Counted from the stretch's first letter, positions 9,624 to 18,794 are shown. The stretch: 64,000 bases of DNA from an uncultured Gammaproteobacteria bacterium (GCA_964425075.1 CAYRKM010000001.1:18756-82755), one strand, 5' to 3'. Program-made: numbers and translations. Notes: generated by a model not told the origin, from the letters alone.

Positions 9624-10571
9624 TTATTCACTCAACGGAAGACTTGTGCTTTTCGTTGGCTGTGGAGCCTTTTCAGAAGAAACTCCTTTTTTTGCTTCAA
9701 GTTCTGCATCAATTATTTTCTGAAACCCAGCAATGTCTCCAGGATTTGCGATCTTCTTGCCCTCGATGAAGAAACTTGGTGTTGAATTTACACCATTCTT
9801 AATTCCTTCATTTTGCTGTGCTTCAATAGTCTGTGCAATTGCAGGATCCTTCATATCAGTCGTAAATTTATTTACGTCAAGTCCTAGCTCTTTTGCATAT
9901 TCCACAAATTTCTGAATTGGATCTGCAAGAGATGACCATTCTCCTTGTCTCTCATACATCAGATCAGCCATTTCAAAGAATTTATTCTGTCTTCCTGCTG
10001 CCTCAGCTGCTTTTGCAGCAGGGAGTGCGTTAGGATGAATTGAGGTAAGAGGAAAATGCTTAAAAATAAGCTTTAACTGTCCTGGATAAAGTTCCAAAAG
10101 ACTTTTTACAATTGGGTGATATTGCTTGCATGCAGGACACTGAAAATCGGCGTACTCAACCATTGTAACCATTTTTTCTGCTTGCTCGCCTCCTGCTGTT
10201 GCTTGTTTGTCGGTATTGTTAGCAACCATTCTTTCATGTCCAGGTTCTGCAAATGAAGCGGTTATTCCATTTGTTTGGGGGTTGTTACGATTCTTACCAA
10301 TTATTACAAGTCCAACAAACAAAACCAAAAAAAGTGCTGCTGCTAAAGAAAGCGCTACCCATTTGGTTGTGTTTTGTTTCTGAGAAAGAGTTTGCTGTTG
10401 AAGCTTTTCAAGTTTTCGAAGTTCTTTTAATTCTTTTTTTGACATCTGAGCCATGAGATATATGATAATTGAAGTAAAAGGCTTAGTCAACCCCGTTTGA
10501 ATTAGGGTCAATCCAGTCTTTCCCAGAAGCTCATTTGCCTTATGCGCCAGCGAGAGGAGTCGAACCTCCAA
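9624..10571 (-). CDS. DsbA-like thiol:disulfide oxidoreductase (thioredoxin fold), membrane anchored
   Basis: 315 aa; N-terminal TM; CPACKQYHP CxxC active site; adjacent to DsbB-like gene. Confidence 0.7.
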   Translation of the reverse strand: MEVRLLSLAHKANELLGKTGLTLIQTGLTKPFTSIIIYLMAQMSKKELKELRKLEKLQQQTLSQKQNTTKWVALSLAAALFLVLFVGLVIIGKNRNNPQTNGITASFAEPGHERMVANNTDKQATAGGEQAEKMVTMVEYADFQCPACKQYHPIVKSLLELYPGQLKLIFKHFPLTSIHPNALPAAKAAEAAGRQNKFFEMADLMYERQGEWSSLADPIQKFVEYAKELGLDVNKFTTDMKDPAIAQTIEAQQNEGIKNGVNSTPSFFIEGKKIANPGDIAGFQKIIDAELEAKKGVSSEKAPQPTKSTSLPLSE

Positions 10572-10617
10572 CCTTTCCCTTAGGACGGGACTGCTCTATC
10601 CATTGAGCTACGCCGGC
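10545..10617 (-). tRNA. tRNA-Arg (anticodon CCT)
   Basis: manual cloverleaf: acceptor GCCGGCG/CGCTGGC, D-arm GCTC..GAGC, anticodon loop GTCCTAA, T-arm GGAGG-TTCGACT-CCTCT; CCA not encoded. Confidence 0.8.
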
Positions 10618-10619
10618 AA

Positions 10620-10690
10620 ATGTAGGACGGGCCTGTTCTACCTTTGCGAAGCAAAGTCGACCTGCGTTGAGCTACAGGGGCATTAATGTA
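10620..10690 (-). other. tRNA-like fragment (5' half resembling tRNA-Arg with aberrant D-loop insertion), abutting tRNA-Arg
   Basis: GCCCCTG-TA-GCTC-...-GGCCCGTCCTACA parallels the GCCGGCG-TA-GCTC-...-GTCCCGTCCTAAG of the neighbouring tRNA but cannot be folded into a full cloverleaf; contains CTTTGC-GAA-GCAAAG hairpin. Confidence 0.25.
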
Positions 10691-10747
10691 TTTTACCATG
10701 GATATGTTAAGTTTGATTTTTTTCATTTCACCACTATAATTCTTTCC

Positions 10748-11302
10748 ATGACTGGCGAAAGAGATTCAAACCCTCAAATTGATGATCCTCAAGGATTCCT
10801 AGCAAGACCTTTTACTGAAATTGAAATTGGAACACTTTTGGAAAACCCAACTTTAGATTTTCTAAAGTGGCTTCCTACAATTCCTGAAGAAACAGGTCTT
10901 GTATATATTGCACCTAAATGGGCGGTTATTAAAGCAAGCAAAAGAGGTGTGCCCTCCTGGACAATGCCAAAATATTCAGATGTACTTATTCATTCACATC
11001 CTGGTGGAACAGAATTTTTTCTTCCGAGTCCCCAGGACATTATGAATTGCTCCCCAACTGCAAAGAATTTGATAATATCCTCAGGCGGAGTTACTCAATA
11101 TTGCGCTCAAGATAGTATGAGCCCTGAGGAATTACAATTACTGCAAAGGAGAATGGCAGAGGATAATCCCGACAAAGATGATGTTTATCTGGCTTATAAA
11201 TTTCTTGAGAGAGTTGGAATACAATACAGCTTTACATCTTGGGAAGAAATGGATCAGGAAACATTGGACGTATTATTGTATGAAAACCTTCATCAGTATT
11301 AA
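10748..11302 (+). CDS. hypothetical protein with JAB/MPN-like metal motif (tentative)
   Basis: ORF 10667..11302, start placed at Met28; HSHPGGTEFFLPSPQD resembles the JAMM HxHx(7-9)SxxD signature. Confidence 0.4.
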   Translation: MTGERDSNPQIDDPQGFLARPFTEIEIGTLLENPTLDFLKWLPTIPEETGLVYIAPKWAVIKASKRGVPSWTMPKYSDVLIHSHPGGTEFFLPSPQDIMNCSPTAKNLIISSGGVTQYCAQDSMSPEELQLLQRRMAEDNPDKDDVYLAYKFLERVGIQYSFTSWEEMDQETLDVLLYENLHQY

Positions 11303-11320
11303 ATTTTATCCTTTGACGAA

Positions 11321-12472
11321 GTGCTGAGCTTTGCCTATAATACGCCCATGACGCAAGAAGCAAACAGTGGTGACCAATTCCATTATGATGGATTACCGTT
11401 ACCAATATTTCGTCCTGCAAATGAAATTCTCCGCCCGGATTATTCGGACCCTCAAAAACCAGTTTTTCCCTCAATTAGCGAACTTGTAGCAAATCTCACG
11501 CCAGAGGATGTACAAGAGCTCATTGCCCTGTATGATATTTCGAATGCTCTACAAACCTACTTCCAAGTGGAAACCTCCTCAGAAGGTGTTAGTTATTTTG
11601 TTTTAGCAAGAGATAGAATTCAGCAAGATGGAGATCTGGGGGGAGGTGTTTTTGCTTCAGATTTTGGCATATATTCTGATATGTATCCAAGAGAAATTAA
11701 AACAGGAACAGTTACAGAACTGCGAGTACTACTAAGTGATAATTCTATTTCAGTTGGGGAATTTGTAAGGACTCTACCTGTTGAAACAATTTTTAAAGAA
11801 GATACCCCAAATGGATCGTCCCCTGAGGCAGAAAGAGATCTCAGAGAGCACATCCAAAAAGCAATGTCTGACACGATAACCGAAGAAGATATCGACGCAA
11901 TAGGATATGAGATACTAAAAGACTACAAAAATGCTGCGTTTAATTTAGTAGATATGCTAGCATTTTCAAAAAATAGTCGCATTGCCTTTGAGATGTTAAG
12001 AAAAGCTGAGGCTTTGGCAAAGGCTGGCGGGTTTGAGTTGAATTACGCTACGGTAGCAAAATCTTTTGCCGATTTTCATGAATTGTCGTACGGAAAAAAT
12101 TTGGCCGCATTAGATGAATATTTTGAGTCTCGCCGACCCTTTGATTTTCCAACCTTTAGACAAGATGGTACTACTTTAATGCTTGCTTATCTAACTGATG
12201 CTCTTGAATCAGCAGAATTGCTAGGAAAGGATACAAGCTTTGTGGGTAAATATTTTGATGCGCTTTTCCCACAAATACTTGAGATTCTCAAACAAGACTT
12301 TAAGGAATTAAGACTACAAGAAGCATCCGGAAAAGATATATTACAAAGTGCTGGAAGATATACTCACAATAGATTGCAACTGATAAAATTGGCAAAAGCG
12401 GCTGGGAAACATGAAGAGGTAAATAGATTTTTAGACAAAATGGAAACAACTGTTCCCCTTTCTTTTAACTAA
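11321..12472 (+). CDS. hypothetical protein
   Basis: 383-aa ORF immediately downstream of the JAB-like gene, same strand; no motif recognised. Confidence 0.5.
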   Translation: MLSFAYNTPMTQEANSGDQFHYDGLPLPIFRPANEILRPDYSDPQKPVFPSISELVANLTPEDVQELIALYDISNALQTYFQVETSSEGVSYFVLARDRIQQDGDLGGGVFASDFGIYSDMYPREIKTGTVTELRVLLSDNSISVGEFVRTLPVETIFKEDTPNGSSPEAERDLREHIQKAMSDTITEEDIDAIGYEILKDYKNAAFNLVDMLAFSKNSRIAFEMLRKAEALAKAGGFELNYATVAKSFADFHELSYGKNLAALDEYFESRRPFDFPTFRQDGTTLMLAYLTDALESAELLGKDTSFVGKYFDALFPQILEILKQDFKELRLQEASGKDILQSAGRYTHNRLQLIKLAKAAGKHEEVNRFLDKMETTVPLSFN

Positions 12473-13068
12473 TTATCCTCTTCTATATCAACTACATGGC
12501 GCCTAAGCATCTTTTCTTCGACGTCGGCATTTGGCAAAAGTTCCTTTAGGATTTTGTAATATTTTAGCGGGTTATGAATAAGGTAAAGATATATATCTTG
12601 TTCATTTGCCCAGTCATACAACTTTAGGGTTCCATAATTAAATATTCTTCCAAATATTCCTTGCTCCATTTTTAGAGAACCTATATGCTCAAGAGTAAAT
12701 CGTTCTTCTCTTTTTATAATGAATCCTTTCCTATGATAGACTTCATTTGTTGTGATTTCATAATATTCCTCTAACCACAAGACAATTACATAAATCATCA
12801 CAATGCTTTTAATCAAAACTGCAAGAAGAAAAATTGGCAAATTAAAAACAGCAATTTCTGTAGGTATCCTTTGAATTAAACCTGAAGAGATTACAAAAAT
12901 ATAATAAGTAACAAGACATGCTGCTGCAAAAAATTCCAAAACAAAAAGCTTTAGAACAAGGAAAAAAATACTTTGGCGAATTGTAATGTGGGTTACAACA
13001 ATTTTTCTACCTTTTTCCTTTTTCTCTGTTTTTTCCCCAAATTCAATAACTTTTTCTGTAAGATTCAT
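12469..13068 (-). CDS. bacterial PH-domain (YdbS/YdbT-like) membrane protein
   Basis: 199 aa; two N-terminal TM helices followed by YHRKGFIIKREERFTLEHIGSLKMEQGIFGRIFNYGTLKL, typical of the bPH_2 family. Confidence 0.55.
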   Translation of the reverse strand: MNLTEKVIEFGEKTEKKEKGRKIVVTHITIRQSIFFLVLKLFVLEFFAAACLVTYYIFVISSGLIQRIPTEIAVFNLPIFLLAVLIKSIVMIYVIVLWLEEYYEITTNEVYHRKGFIIKREERFTLEHIGSLKMEQGIFGRIFNYGTLKLYDWANEQDIYLYLIHNPLKYYKILKELLPNADVEEKMLRRHVVDIEEDN

Positions 13069-13071
13069 AAT

Positions 13072-13878
13072 TTATGATAACAACACACCCCCATCCACAA
13101 CAATTTGAGTACCAGTTATATAACTGGCCATATCAGACGCAAGGAAGAGAACAACTTTTCCTATGTCATCTGGCTCACCCATCCTTCCCATCGGAATTTT
13201 CTGTAGAAATTTTTTCATGATTTCCTCCTGATTGGTGTTTGTTGTTGCTGGATGATCTGATTGCAATTTCTTTACACCCTCTGTCAAAATTCCACCAGGA
13301 GCTACCGCATTTACCCAAATTTTATGTGGTGCCAACTCTAATGCTACATTTTTTGTAAATCCCCAAACCCCATGCTTTGAAGCATCATAATGCGCAAGAC
13401 CTACTGAAGAAGGATGAAGAGCATCAATTGAAGTTATGTTAATAATTCTTCCACCTCTCCCTTGCTCTTTCATTTTTTCAGAAACATATTTGGTACATAG
13501 AAAAACACCCTTTAAATTAACCGACAAAACGTTTTCAAAATCCGAAAGAGTCATTTGACTAACTGGAATTGAAGGGTAAATGCCTGCGTTATTTATCAAA
13601 ATATCTACGCCTCCAAATAAAGATATGGTTTTCTCTACCATTTCCCTAACGCTTTCCTCTTTTGAAACATCGGTCAAGAAACCTGTTGCCTTATACCCCA
13701 ACGCCTCAATTTTCTCGACTGAATCTGTTACCTCCTCTTCGTCTCTACTTGCAATTACAACCTTAGCACCTGCTTCTGCGAGTCTATAAGCTATTCCATA
13801 ACCAATTCCAACTGCACCGGTAACAATTGCTACTTTTCCTGTAAGATCAAGTAATTTTTCTTTTGGAGTTATATTCAC
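13072..13878 (-). CDS. short-chain dehydrogenase/reductase (SDR) family oxidoreductase
   Basis: 268 aa; TGAxxGIG cofactor motif (IVTGAVGIGYGIA); catalytic YxxxK (YDASKHG). Confidence 0.8.
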   Translation of the reverse strand: MNITPKEKLLDLTGKVAIVTGAVGIGYGIAYRLAEAGAKVVIASRDEEEVTDSVEKIEALGYKATGFLTDVSKEESVREMVEKTISLFGGVDILINNAGIYPSIPVSQMTLSDFENVLSVNLKGVFLCTKYVSEKMKEQGRGGRIINITSIDALHPSSVGLAHYDASKHGVWGFTKNVALELAPHKIWVNAVAPGGILTEGVKKLQSDHPATTNTNQEEIMKKFLQKIPMGRMGEPDDIGKVVLFLASDMASYITGTQIVVDGGVLLS

Positions 13879-13908
13879 TACAATTTCATTCTTGCAGATA
13901 ACTTTGCC

Positions 13909-14781
13909 TCATGCAATACCGGCAAATTTTTTAAGACTGCTAGAAACTTCTTTTGGCTTTTCCAATGACACAACATGCCCTGCATCCTCTACCCACATAA
14001 GACGAATGTTTTCCTTTTCAGTTTTTATTCTGACAGCCTCAGAAAGGTCAATTAACTTATCAAATCTGCCCAAAATAATAAGCGTTCGCACTGTTAATTT
14101 TCGCATCTCGCGCTCCATATGAAAGTTATACATAGCCTTTCCCATTTCAAAAAGCGCATTTTTTTTGATTTTCTGCCTTCCACGAAGGCCATACTTGTTT
14201 ATTAGGTCCTTATTATATCTATACATATTCATATATTTTGCAGTTAAATGCCCATACCAATAATTACTCATCATTTTTTTCCCAATGCTTTTATTAATTC
14301 CATTTGAATTGAAAAAGAGGATCATATTCCTATACATTTTTGAAGGCAGCCAGTCGTATTTGATAATAGGAGGCCCAATTAAAACTAGTTTTTTAAGTAA
14401 TTCGGGATATTTATTTGCAAAACTTACACCAATTACTGTTCCCATCGAAAGACAACAAACAATATCTGCCTTTCTATCCAATTTCTTAAGCAATAAAGCC
14501 ACTGCATCAGCAACTCTTTCAACCGAATACTCCCCCTTTAGCTCTTCAGAGTCTCCATATCCTGGAAGATCAAGGGCTAATATATGAAATCCCGAAAGCT
14601 CCTTCATGAAAGGGACAAAACCTGACCAATCATTATTCCAACCATGAATTAATACAAGAAGAGGTCCACTACCATACTCTATATAATGCAGTTCTCTTTC
14701 ATCAATATCGACCTTATGATGAATAACTTCTTTTTCTAATTCGTCAATATAATAATTTCTTTTCTTACTAAAACCAAACAT
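13909..14781 (-). CDS. alpha/beta-fold hydrolase
   Basis: 290 aa; HGW oxyanion region (VLIHGWNND); nucleophile elbow GxSxG (CLSMGTVIG). Confidence 0.75.
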   Translation of the reverse strand: MFGFSKKRNYYIDELEKEVIHHKVDIDERELHYIEYGSGPLLVLIHGWNNDWSGFVPFMKELSGFHILALDLPGYGDSEELKGEYSVERVADAVALLLKKLDRKADIVCCLSMGTVIGVSFANKYPELLKKLVLIGPPIIKYDWLPSKMYRNMILFFNSNGINKSIGKKMMSNYWYGHLTAKYMNMYRYNKDLINKYGLRGRQKIKKNALFEMGKAMYNFHMEREMRKLTVRTLIILGRFDKLIDLSEAVRIKTEKENIRLMWVEDAGHVVSLEKPKEVSSSLKKFAGIA

Positions 14782-15068
14782 ACAATTAGTATTGAGTATT
14801 TAGAATTAAGTATCAAGAGCTTATGATTTTTATATTTAAAACAAGGAGGATCTTCCCATTCCTCATTTTGGAAATCAAGTATGTATTATCTTTTGCAACT
14901 GAAACAAAGAGCGTAAAGATTTTCCGACTGCAGCAAAGGCGGGGGATTCCTCACAAACTTGTTGAGGAGGGGGTGAAATCACACCCTTTGCAAAGGAGGA
15001 AAATTAGCTCGACTTTCATTGCAAAGAACTTTTGCTTCTTTTGTCGGCACAAAAGAAGAAGAGAATAA

Positions 15069-15830
15069 TCATATCTCCAATTCCGCAACTAGTGGCATGT
15101 GATCACTTACATCAACCTGTGGCTGATTTTTTCCTATAACCTTTATATTGGGCGTTACAAAAATCATATCAACTACTGCCGTTGCAAAACCAGGGTCTTC
15201 TTTGTACTTCATATTAAAAGTTGATGTAAGGGTAGTACCAAAAATATTTTTTACATTTAACTGCTCTTCTAAATTTTCTACAAATTCAGTATCAGGATTT
15301 AGATTGGTATCCCCTGCCAAAATTATTCTTTCTTTCCCTTTTGCAGCTTTTACAATAACATCAAGCATTCTAAAACGCTCAGGAGTATCTCTTCCAAGCT
15401 CTGCCCAGATCCCGTGCCAATTGTATAACCAAACTTTTTTACCCTCAATTTCGACATATGACTCAAGCATTCCTTCGGGAATTTCCTTTGCATATGGATC
15501 TTGAATCATCAAGTTGTGCTCCTTTAGTTGACTGTCAAAAAAATAAACTTTCTCACCAATCAGCGGAAATTTTGAAAAAATAGCATCCCCTTGAGGTGAT
15601 TTTGTTGTGGTATCGATTACCTTGGGACCAAATGTGTGATAGGCAAGATTGGGAAATTCTTTTGCAAAAAGGCTTACGGTTCTATATCTTTTTTCAAGAT
15701 TCTGATCAGGACTGTTATAAATTTCCTGAAAAAAAGCAATGTCAGGGTTTTCTTTGTGGATGAACTCAACGAGGTTGTCCCAAACAAGACCTCCATGCCA
15801 AACATTAAGAGTTAGAAATTTTATTTGCAT
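15069..15830 (-). CDS. endonuclease/exonuclease/phosphatase (EEP) family protein
   Basis: 253 aa; N-terminal LTLNVWHGG and C-terminal SDHMPLVAELEI are EEP hallmarks. Confidence 0.75.
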   Translation of the reverse strand: MQIKFLTLNVWHGGLVWDNLVEFIHKENPDIAFFQEIYNSPDQNLEKRYRTVSLFAKEFPNLAYHTFGPKVIDTTTKSPQGDAIFSKFPLIGEKVYFFDSQLKEHNLMIQDPYAKEIPEGMLESYVEIEGKKVWLYNWHGIWAELGRDTPERFRMLDVIVKAAKGKERIILAGDTNLNPDTEFVENLEEQLNVKNIFGTTLTSTFNMKYKEDPGFATAVVDMIFVTPNIKVIGKNQPQVDVSDHMPLVAELEI

Positions 15831-15855
15831 GAATTCATTATATAATACAGGTCAC

Positions 15856-16539
15856 ATGGAAGGAATATTTGGAGTTTACAAGACCCGCGGCATGACGTCA
15901 CACGATGTTGTTGCAATCATAAGACGCAAAACTAATGTTAAGCGTGTCGGTCATGGCGGTACTTTGGACCCCTTAGCAGAAGGTGTTCTTGTAATTGCAG
16001 TTGGACGCGAGAACACAAAACTACTCGATACATACGTTAAAGGAGAAAAGGAATATATTGCAGAAATCTTTCTTGGAGCCAATTCCACCACAGATGACGC
16101 GGAAGGAGAGATAAAAAAGGTAAACTCTAAAGTCATGCCTAAAATGGACAAAGTTAAAGAAGTGAGTAAATTATTTACTGGAGAGGTGATGCAAACCCCT
16201 CCCATCTACTCATCCGTGAAAATAGCGGGAAAACCTGCGCACCGTCGCGTAAGACGTGGAGAAAAAGTAAAACTCGAACCACGAAAAGTCAAAATTCACT
16301 CAATTGAAATTCTTGACTATCAATTTCCTGTTTTAAAACTGAAAGTTACAACAGGACCAGGAGTTTATATCCGCTCCCTTGCACGAGACATCGGAGAGCA
16401 GCTTGGAACGGGCGGTTATCTAACGAGCTTAATTAGAACAAGGGTTAATAATTTCACAATTGATGAGGCTATAAAACTTAATAATTCCGACTTTAGGCAA
16501 GAAAAAAAGCCCTCAGGCCAAGACACAAAAAGCGCGTGA
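15856..16539 (+). CDS. truB: tRNA pseudouridine(55) synthase TruB
   Basis: start at MEGIFGVYK Met; GMTSHDVV...GHGGTLDPLAEGVLVIAVG catalytic Asp motif. Confidence 0.85.
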   Translation: MEGIFGVYKTRGMTSHDVVAIIRRKTNVKRVGHGGTLDPLAEGVLVIAVGRENTKLLDTYVKGEKEYIAEIFLGANSTTDDAEGEIKKVNSKVMPKMDKVKEVSKLFTGEVMQTPPIYSSVKIAGKPAHRRVRRGEKVKLEPRKVKIHSIEILDYQFPVLKLKVTTGPGVYIRSLARDIGEQLGTGGYLTSLIRTRVNNFTIDEAIKLNNSDFRQEKKPSGQDTKSA

Positions 16540-16679
16540 TGCAATGCATATCTGCATCAGTACTGGTTGGTCCAACGACCCTCGGGCTTTGCCCGTTGAA
16601 TTCTTGTTTGTATCTTGCAAGAGGTAGACGCACTCAGCGTCGTTCGGGCTCCGCGCCCGCTTGCCACCACTAAGTCGCT

Positions 16680-17006
16680 TCAAACCGAGTGACTCTCGAT
16701 GTACGTAATCACGACCTCAGATGGGTCGTCTAGAACTGTCGCAAACATCCCATAGATCTCCTTCTTCAGACCAAGAAGTGCCTCTCTGTCACCCATGTAT
16801 TCCGCGGAAACATAGATCCTTAAGGGCACTCTGGCAAGGTCATCTTGTCCTGTTGGCCAGAACAAGATTTCCACCATCCTTGGTGACACGAAGAAAGCCC
16901 TGCGTGCACCGAGCTGAGTTGCCACCGTATGCGTCAACCACTCCCGCACCTGAACTCTGTCCAGGTTGATGCGGTCTGGGTTGTATCTAACCACTACTGT
17001 TATCAT
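16680..17006 (-). CDS. small hypothetical protein, paralog A (GC-rich island B)
   Basis: 108 aa (MITVVVRYNPD...); AAAGGAGTG RBS; preceded and followed by ~90-bp repeat; ~60% GC. Confidence 0.5.
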   Translation of the reverse strand: MITVVVRYNPDRINLDRVQVREWLTHTVATQLGARRAFFVSPRMVEILFWPTGQDDLARVPLRIYVSAEYMGDREALLGLKKEIYGMFATVLDDPSEVVITYIESHSV

Positions 17007-17009
17007 CAC

Positions 17010-17105
17010 GCACTCCTTTCAGGGCTTTACGAACACATGTTGCAAGTGGTAGGGTTTTTGACCCACTCAGGCCTTAACGGCCCGCTTGCCACCACTAGAT
17101 CCCAC
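17010..17105. repeat. ~90-bp intergenic repeat, copy 1 (second copy at 17439..17540; truncated third copy at 16648..16679)
   Basis: near-identical strings GCAAGTGGTAGGGTTTTTGACCCACTCAGGCCTTAACGGC(CC/TG)GCTTGCCACCACTAGA at both sites; each carries the RBS of the downstream small gene. Confidence 0.65.
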
Positions 17106-17438
17106 TTAGAACATCTCCGACTTGATCAGCACAATCCTGACGTGTTGTTCGGAGAAGCCCGGAAGGACTGCAACCACATCCTCCTTGAGTCGCCTCGCCA
17201 GATCCTCAGAACGACGGACGCCGTGGTCAACCAGAAGGCTGACGACGAAATGGATGTTTGGGTGTAACCTGTCGGATTCCCAATCGATCCTGCTGAAGAA
17301 AACTGCCACGTCCTCCGGACGAACCGGTTTTCCTCCTGCGAAAAAGTGGCCTGCCACGACGCGGCGAATTGCCTCAGCCCTCTCGCCGAAAGGAGCAAAC
17401 GACTGTGGCTTGTAATGAACCTCTACCTGAATTTTCAT
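17106..17438 (-). CDS. small hypothetical protein, paralog B (GC-rich island B)
   Basis: 110 aa from MKIQVEVHYKPQSF (internal Met of ORF 17106..17573) with GAAGGGAGTAAG RBS; same size and beta-alpha pattern as paralog A. Confidence 0.5.
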   Translation of the reverse strand: MKIQVEVHYKPQSFAPFGERAEAIRRVVAGHFFAGGKPVRPEDVAVFFSRIDWESDRLHPNIHFVVSLLVDHGVRRSEDLARRLKEDVVAVLPGFSEQHVRIVLIKSEMF

Positions 17439-17540
17439 GGATCTTACTCCCTTCAGAGTTTCACGGACACGTGTTTTGCAAGTGGTAGGGTTTTTGACCC
17501 ACTCAGGCCTTAACGGCTGGCTTGCCACCACTAGACCTGG
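17439..17540. repeat. ~90-bp intergenic repeat, copy 2
   Basis: see copy 1. Confidence 0.65.
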
Positions 17541-17706
17541 GTTTACCTTTTGCGATATCGGCAGATGTCGCAAAAGATCTTGTGGTCAAAGATGGGATGA
17601 GGAGCAGTGCCCTCACCTCCACAATTTCCACATCCAGGATCTGGTTTTGAGGTCGGGGCTCCGCGCCCCGCCTCAAGCAGTTTCACTTCGTCATCCATAA
17701 CTTCTC

Positions 17707-17964
17707 CTATTCTCTTGTGGTTAGCTCTGACCATTTCATGACCAGAACAGTCCAACCGACCATTAAGGCCAGTAAGACCCTCTCCATCATTGGATCCGTG
17801 TAGTTGATTATCGTAGCCCAGGGAAGGACTAAGAGAATCAACATGTAGAAGGCGTAGGCCATCCAGCCCCGCCAACCATACTTCCACTCTGAGGCAAGTA
17901 TGATCGTTGAAACCAGAAGGTATGCTGCCACACCTCCGGACCAATACCAGAAGGACTCCGGCAT
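17707..17964 (-). CDS. small two/three-TM membrane protein (island B)
   Basis: 85 aa from MPESFWYWSGG... with AAAGGTGA RBS; followed by GGGGCGCGGAGCCCC hairpin. Confidence 0.45.
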   Translation of the reverse strand: MPESFWYWSGGVAAYLLVSTIILASEWKYGWRGWMAYAFYMLILLVLPWATIINYTDPMMERVLLALMVGWTVLVMKWSELTTRE

Positions 17965-18170
17965 GGTTATCACCTTTCTAGAGTAAACGCGTGTGGTTTT
18001 GATCCGGCCGCAGCCGAACCTTATAGCACTTTGTAGGCGCCTTTCTGACCACACAAAAGATGATCACAAAAGCGCCCACAAAAATACACAAACAAGAATT
18101 TTCAATGAACGGGTGAAATTATACCAAAAAAAGAGTGGAATTAATGATTTGGAGTCAAACTTTCAAATAT

Positions 18171-18632
18171 TTAACGCTCATCATCAGCGTAAACATAAAA
18201 TAGATCTTTTTTCTCCCAATTATAAATTTCTTCTTTTCCAAACAATAATCCTAATTCCTTATCTGCGGCTTCTTTATGCTCTGAAGCATGAATAAGATTG
18301 AGTTGTTGACTCATAGCGAAGTCGCCTCGAATTGTACCCACTTCAGCCTCTCGAGCTTTTGTAATACCTATCATTTTTCTTACGGTTGAAATTGCATCAG
18401 TTCCCTGCCAAACCATCGCAACAACTGGATAACTTTGCATATAGTTTTTAAGTCCTGGAAAAAAGGGTTTGTCTTTGTGATGTGCATACCATTCATCAAG
18501 CAATTCATCTGAAAGGTTAACCATCTTTAACCCTACCAAATGAAGACCTTTTCGCTCAAATCGGTGAATAATCTCACCAATAAGCCCTCTTTGTACGCCA
18601 TCGGGTTTTACAAGTACAATAGTCCTTTCCAT
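18171..18632 (-). CDS. ndk: nucleoside diphosphate kinase
   Basis: 153 aa; MERTIVLVKPDGVQRGLIGEII... and NLIHASE (active-site His) signature. Confidence 0.9.
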   Translation of the reverse strand: MERTIVLVKPDGVQRGLIGEIIHRFERKGLHLVGLKMVNLSDELLDEWYAHHKDKPFFPGLKNYMQSYPVVAMVWQGTDAISTVRKMIGITKAREAEVGTIRGDFAMSQQLNLIHASEHKEAADKELGLLFGKEEIYNWEKKDLFYVYADDER

Positions 18633-18794
18633 AAATTAAATATAAACTTGCAATTTGTACTTGCAAGCTTTGCTTACTAATACTACTGTTCTTTCCATAT
18701 GTGTATCATACAAACCTTCAAGTCAAAAATCAATCAATAAATTCTATCAAGACTTTTTGGTTTGAGTGAGTATAAATATCACCGTAAGAAGTCT

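Noticed and set aside
17010-17540. Integron attC sites and gene cassettes in island B
   Set aside because: The architecture is cassette-like, but no intI integrase, no attI, and no recognisable R/L core sites (GTTRRRY / RYYYAAC) could be identified by eye. Kept only as 'cassette-like repeats'.
17543-17944. 133-aa ORF overlapping the island B membrane-protein gene
   Set aside because: Overlaps a better-supported ORF with RBS. Its composition is Gly/Cys-rich and non-protein-like.
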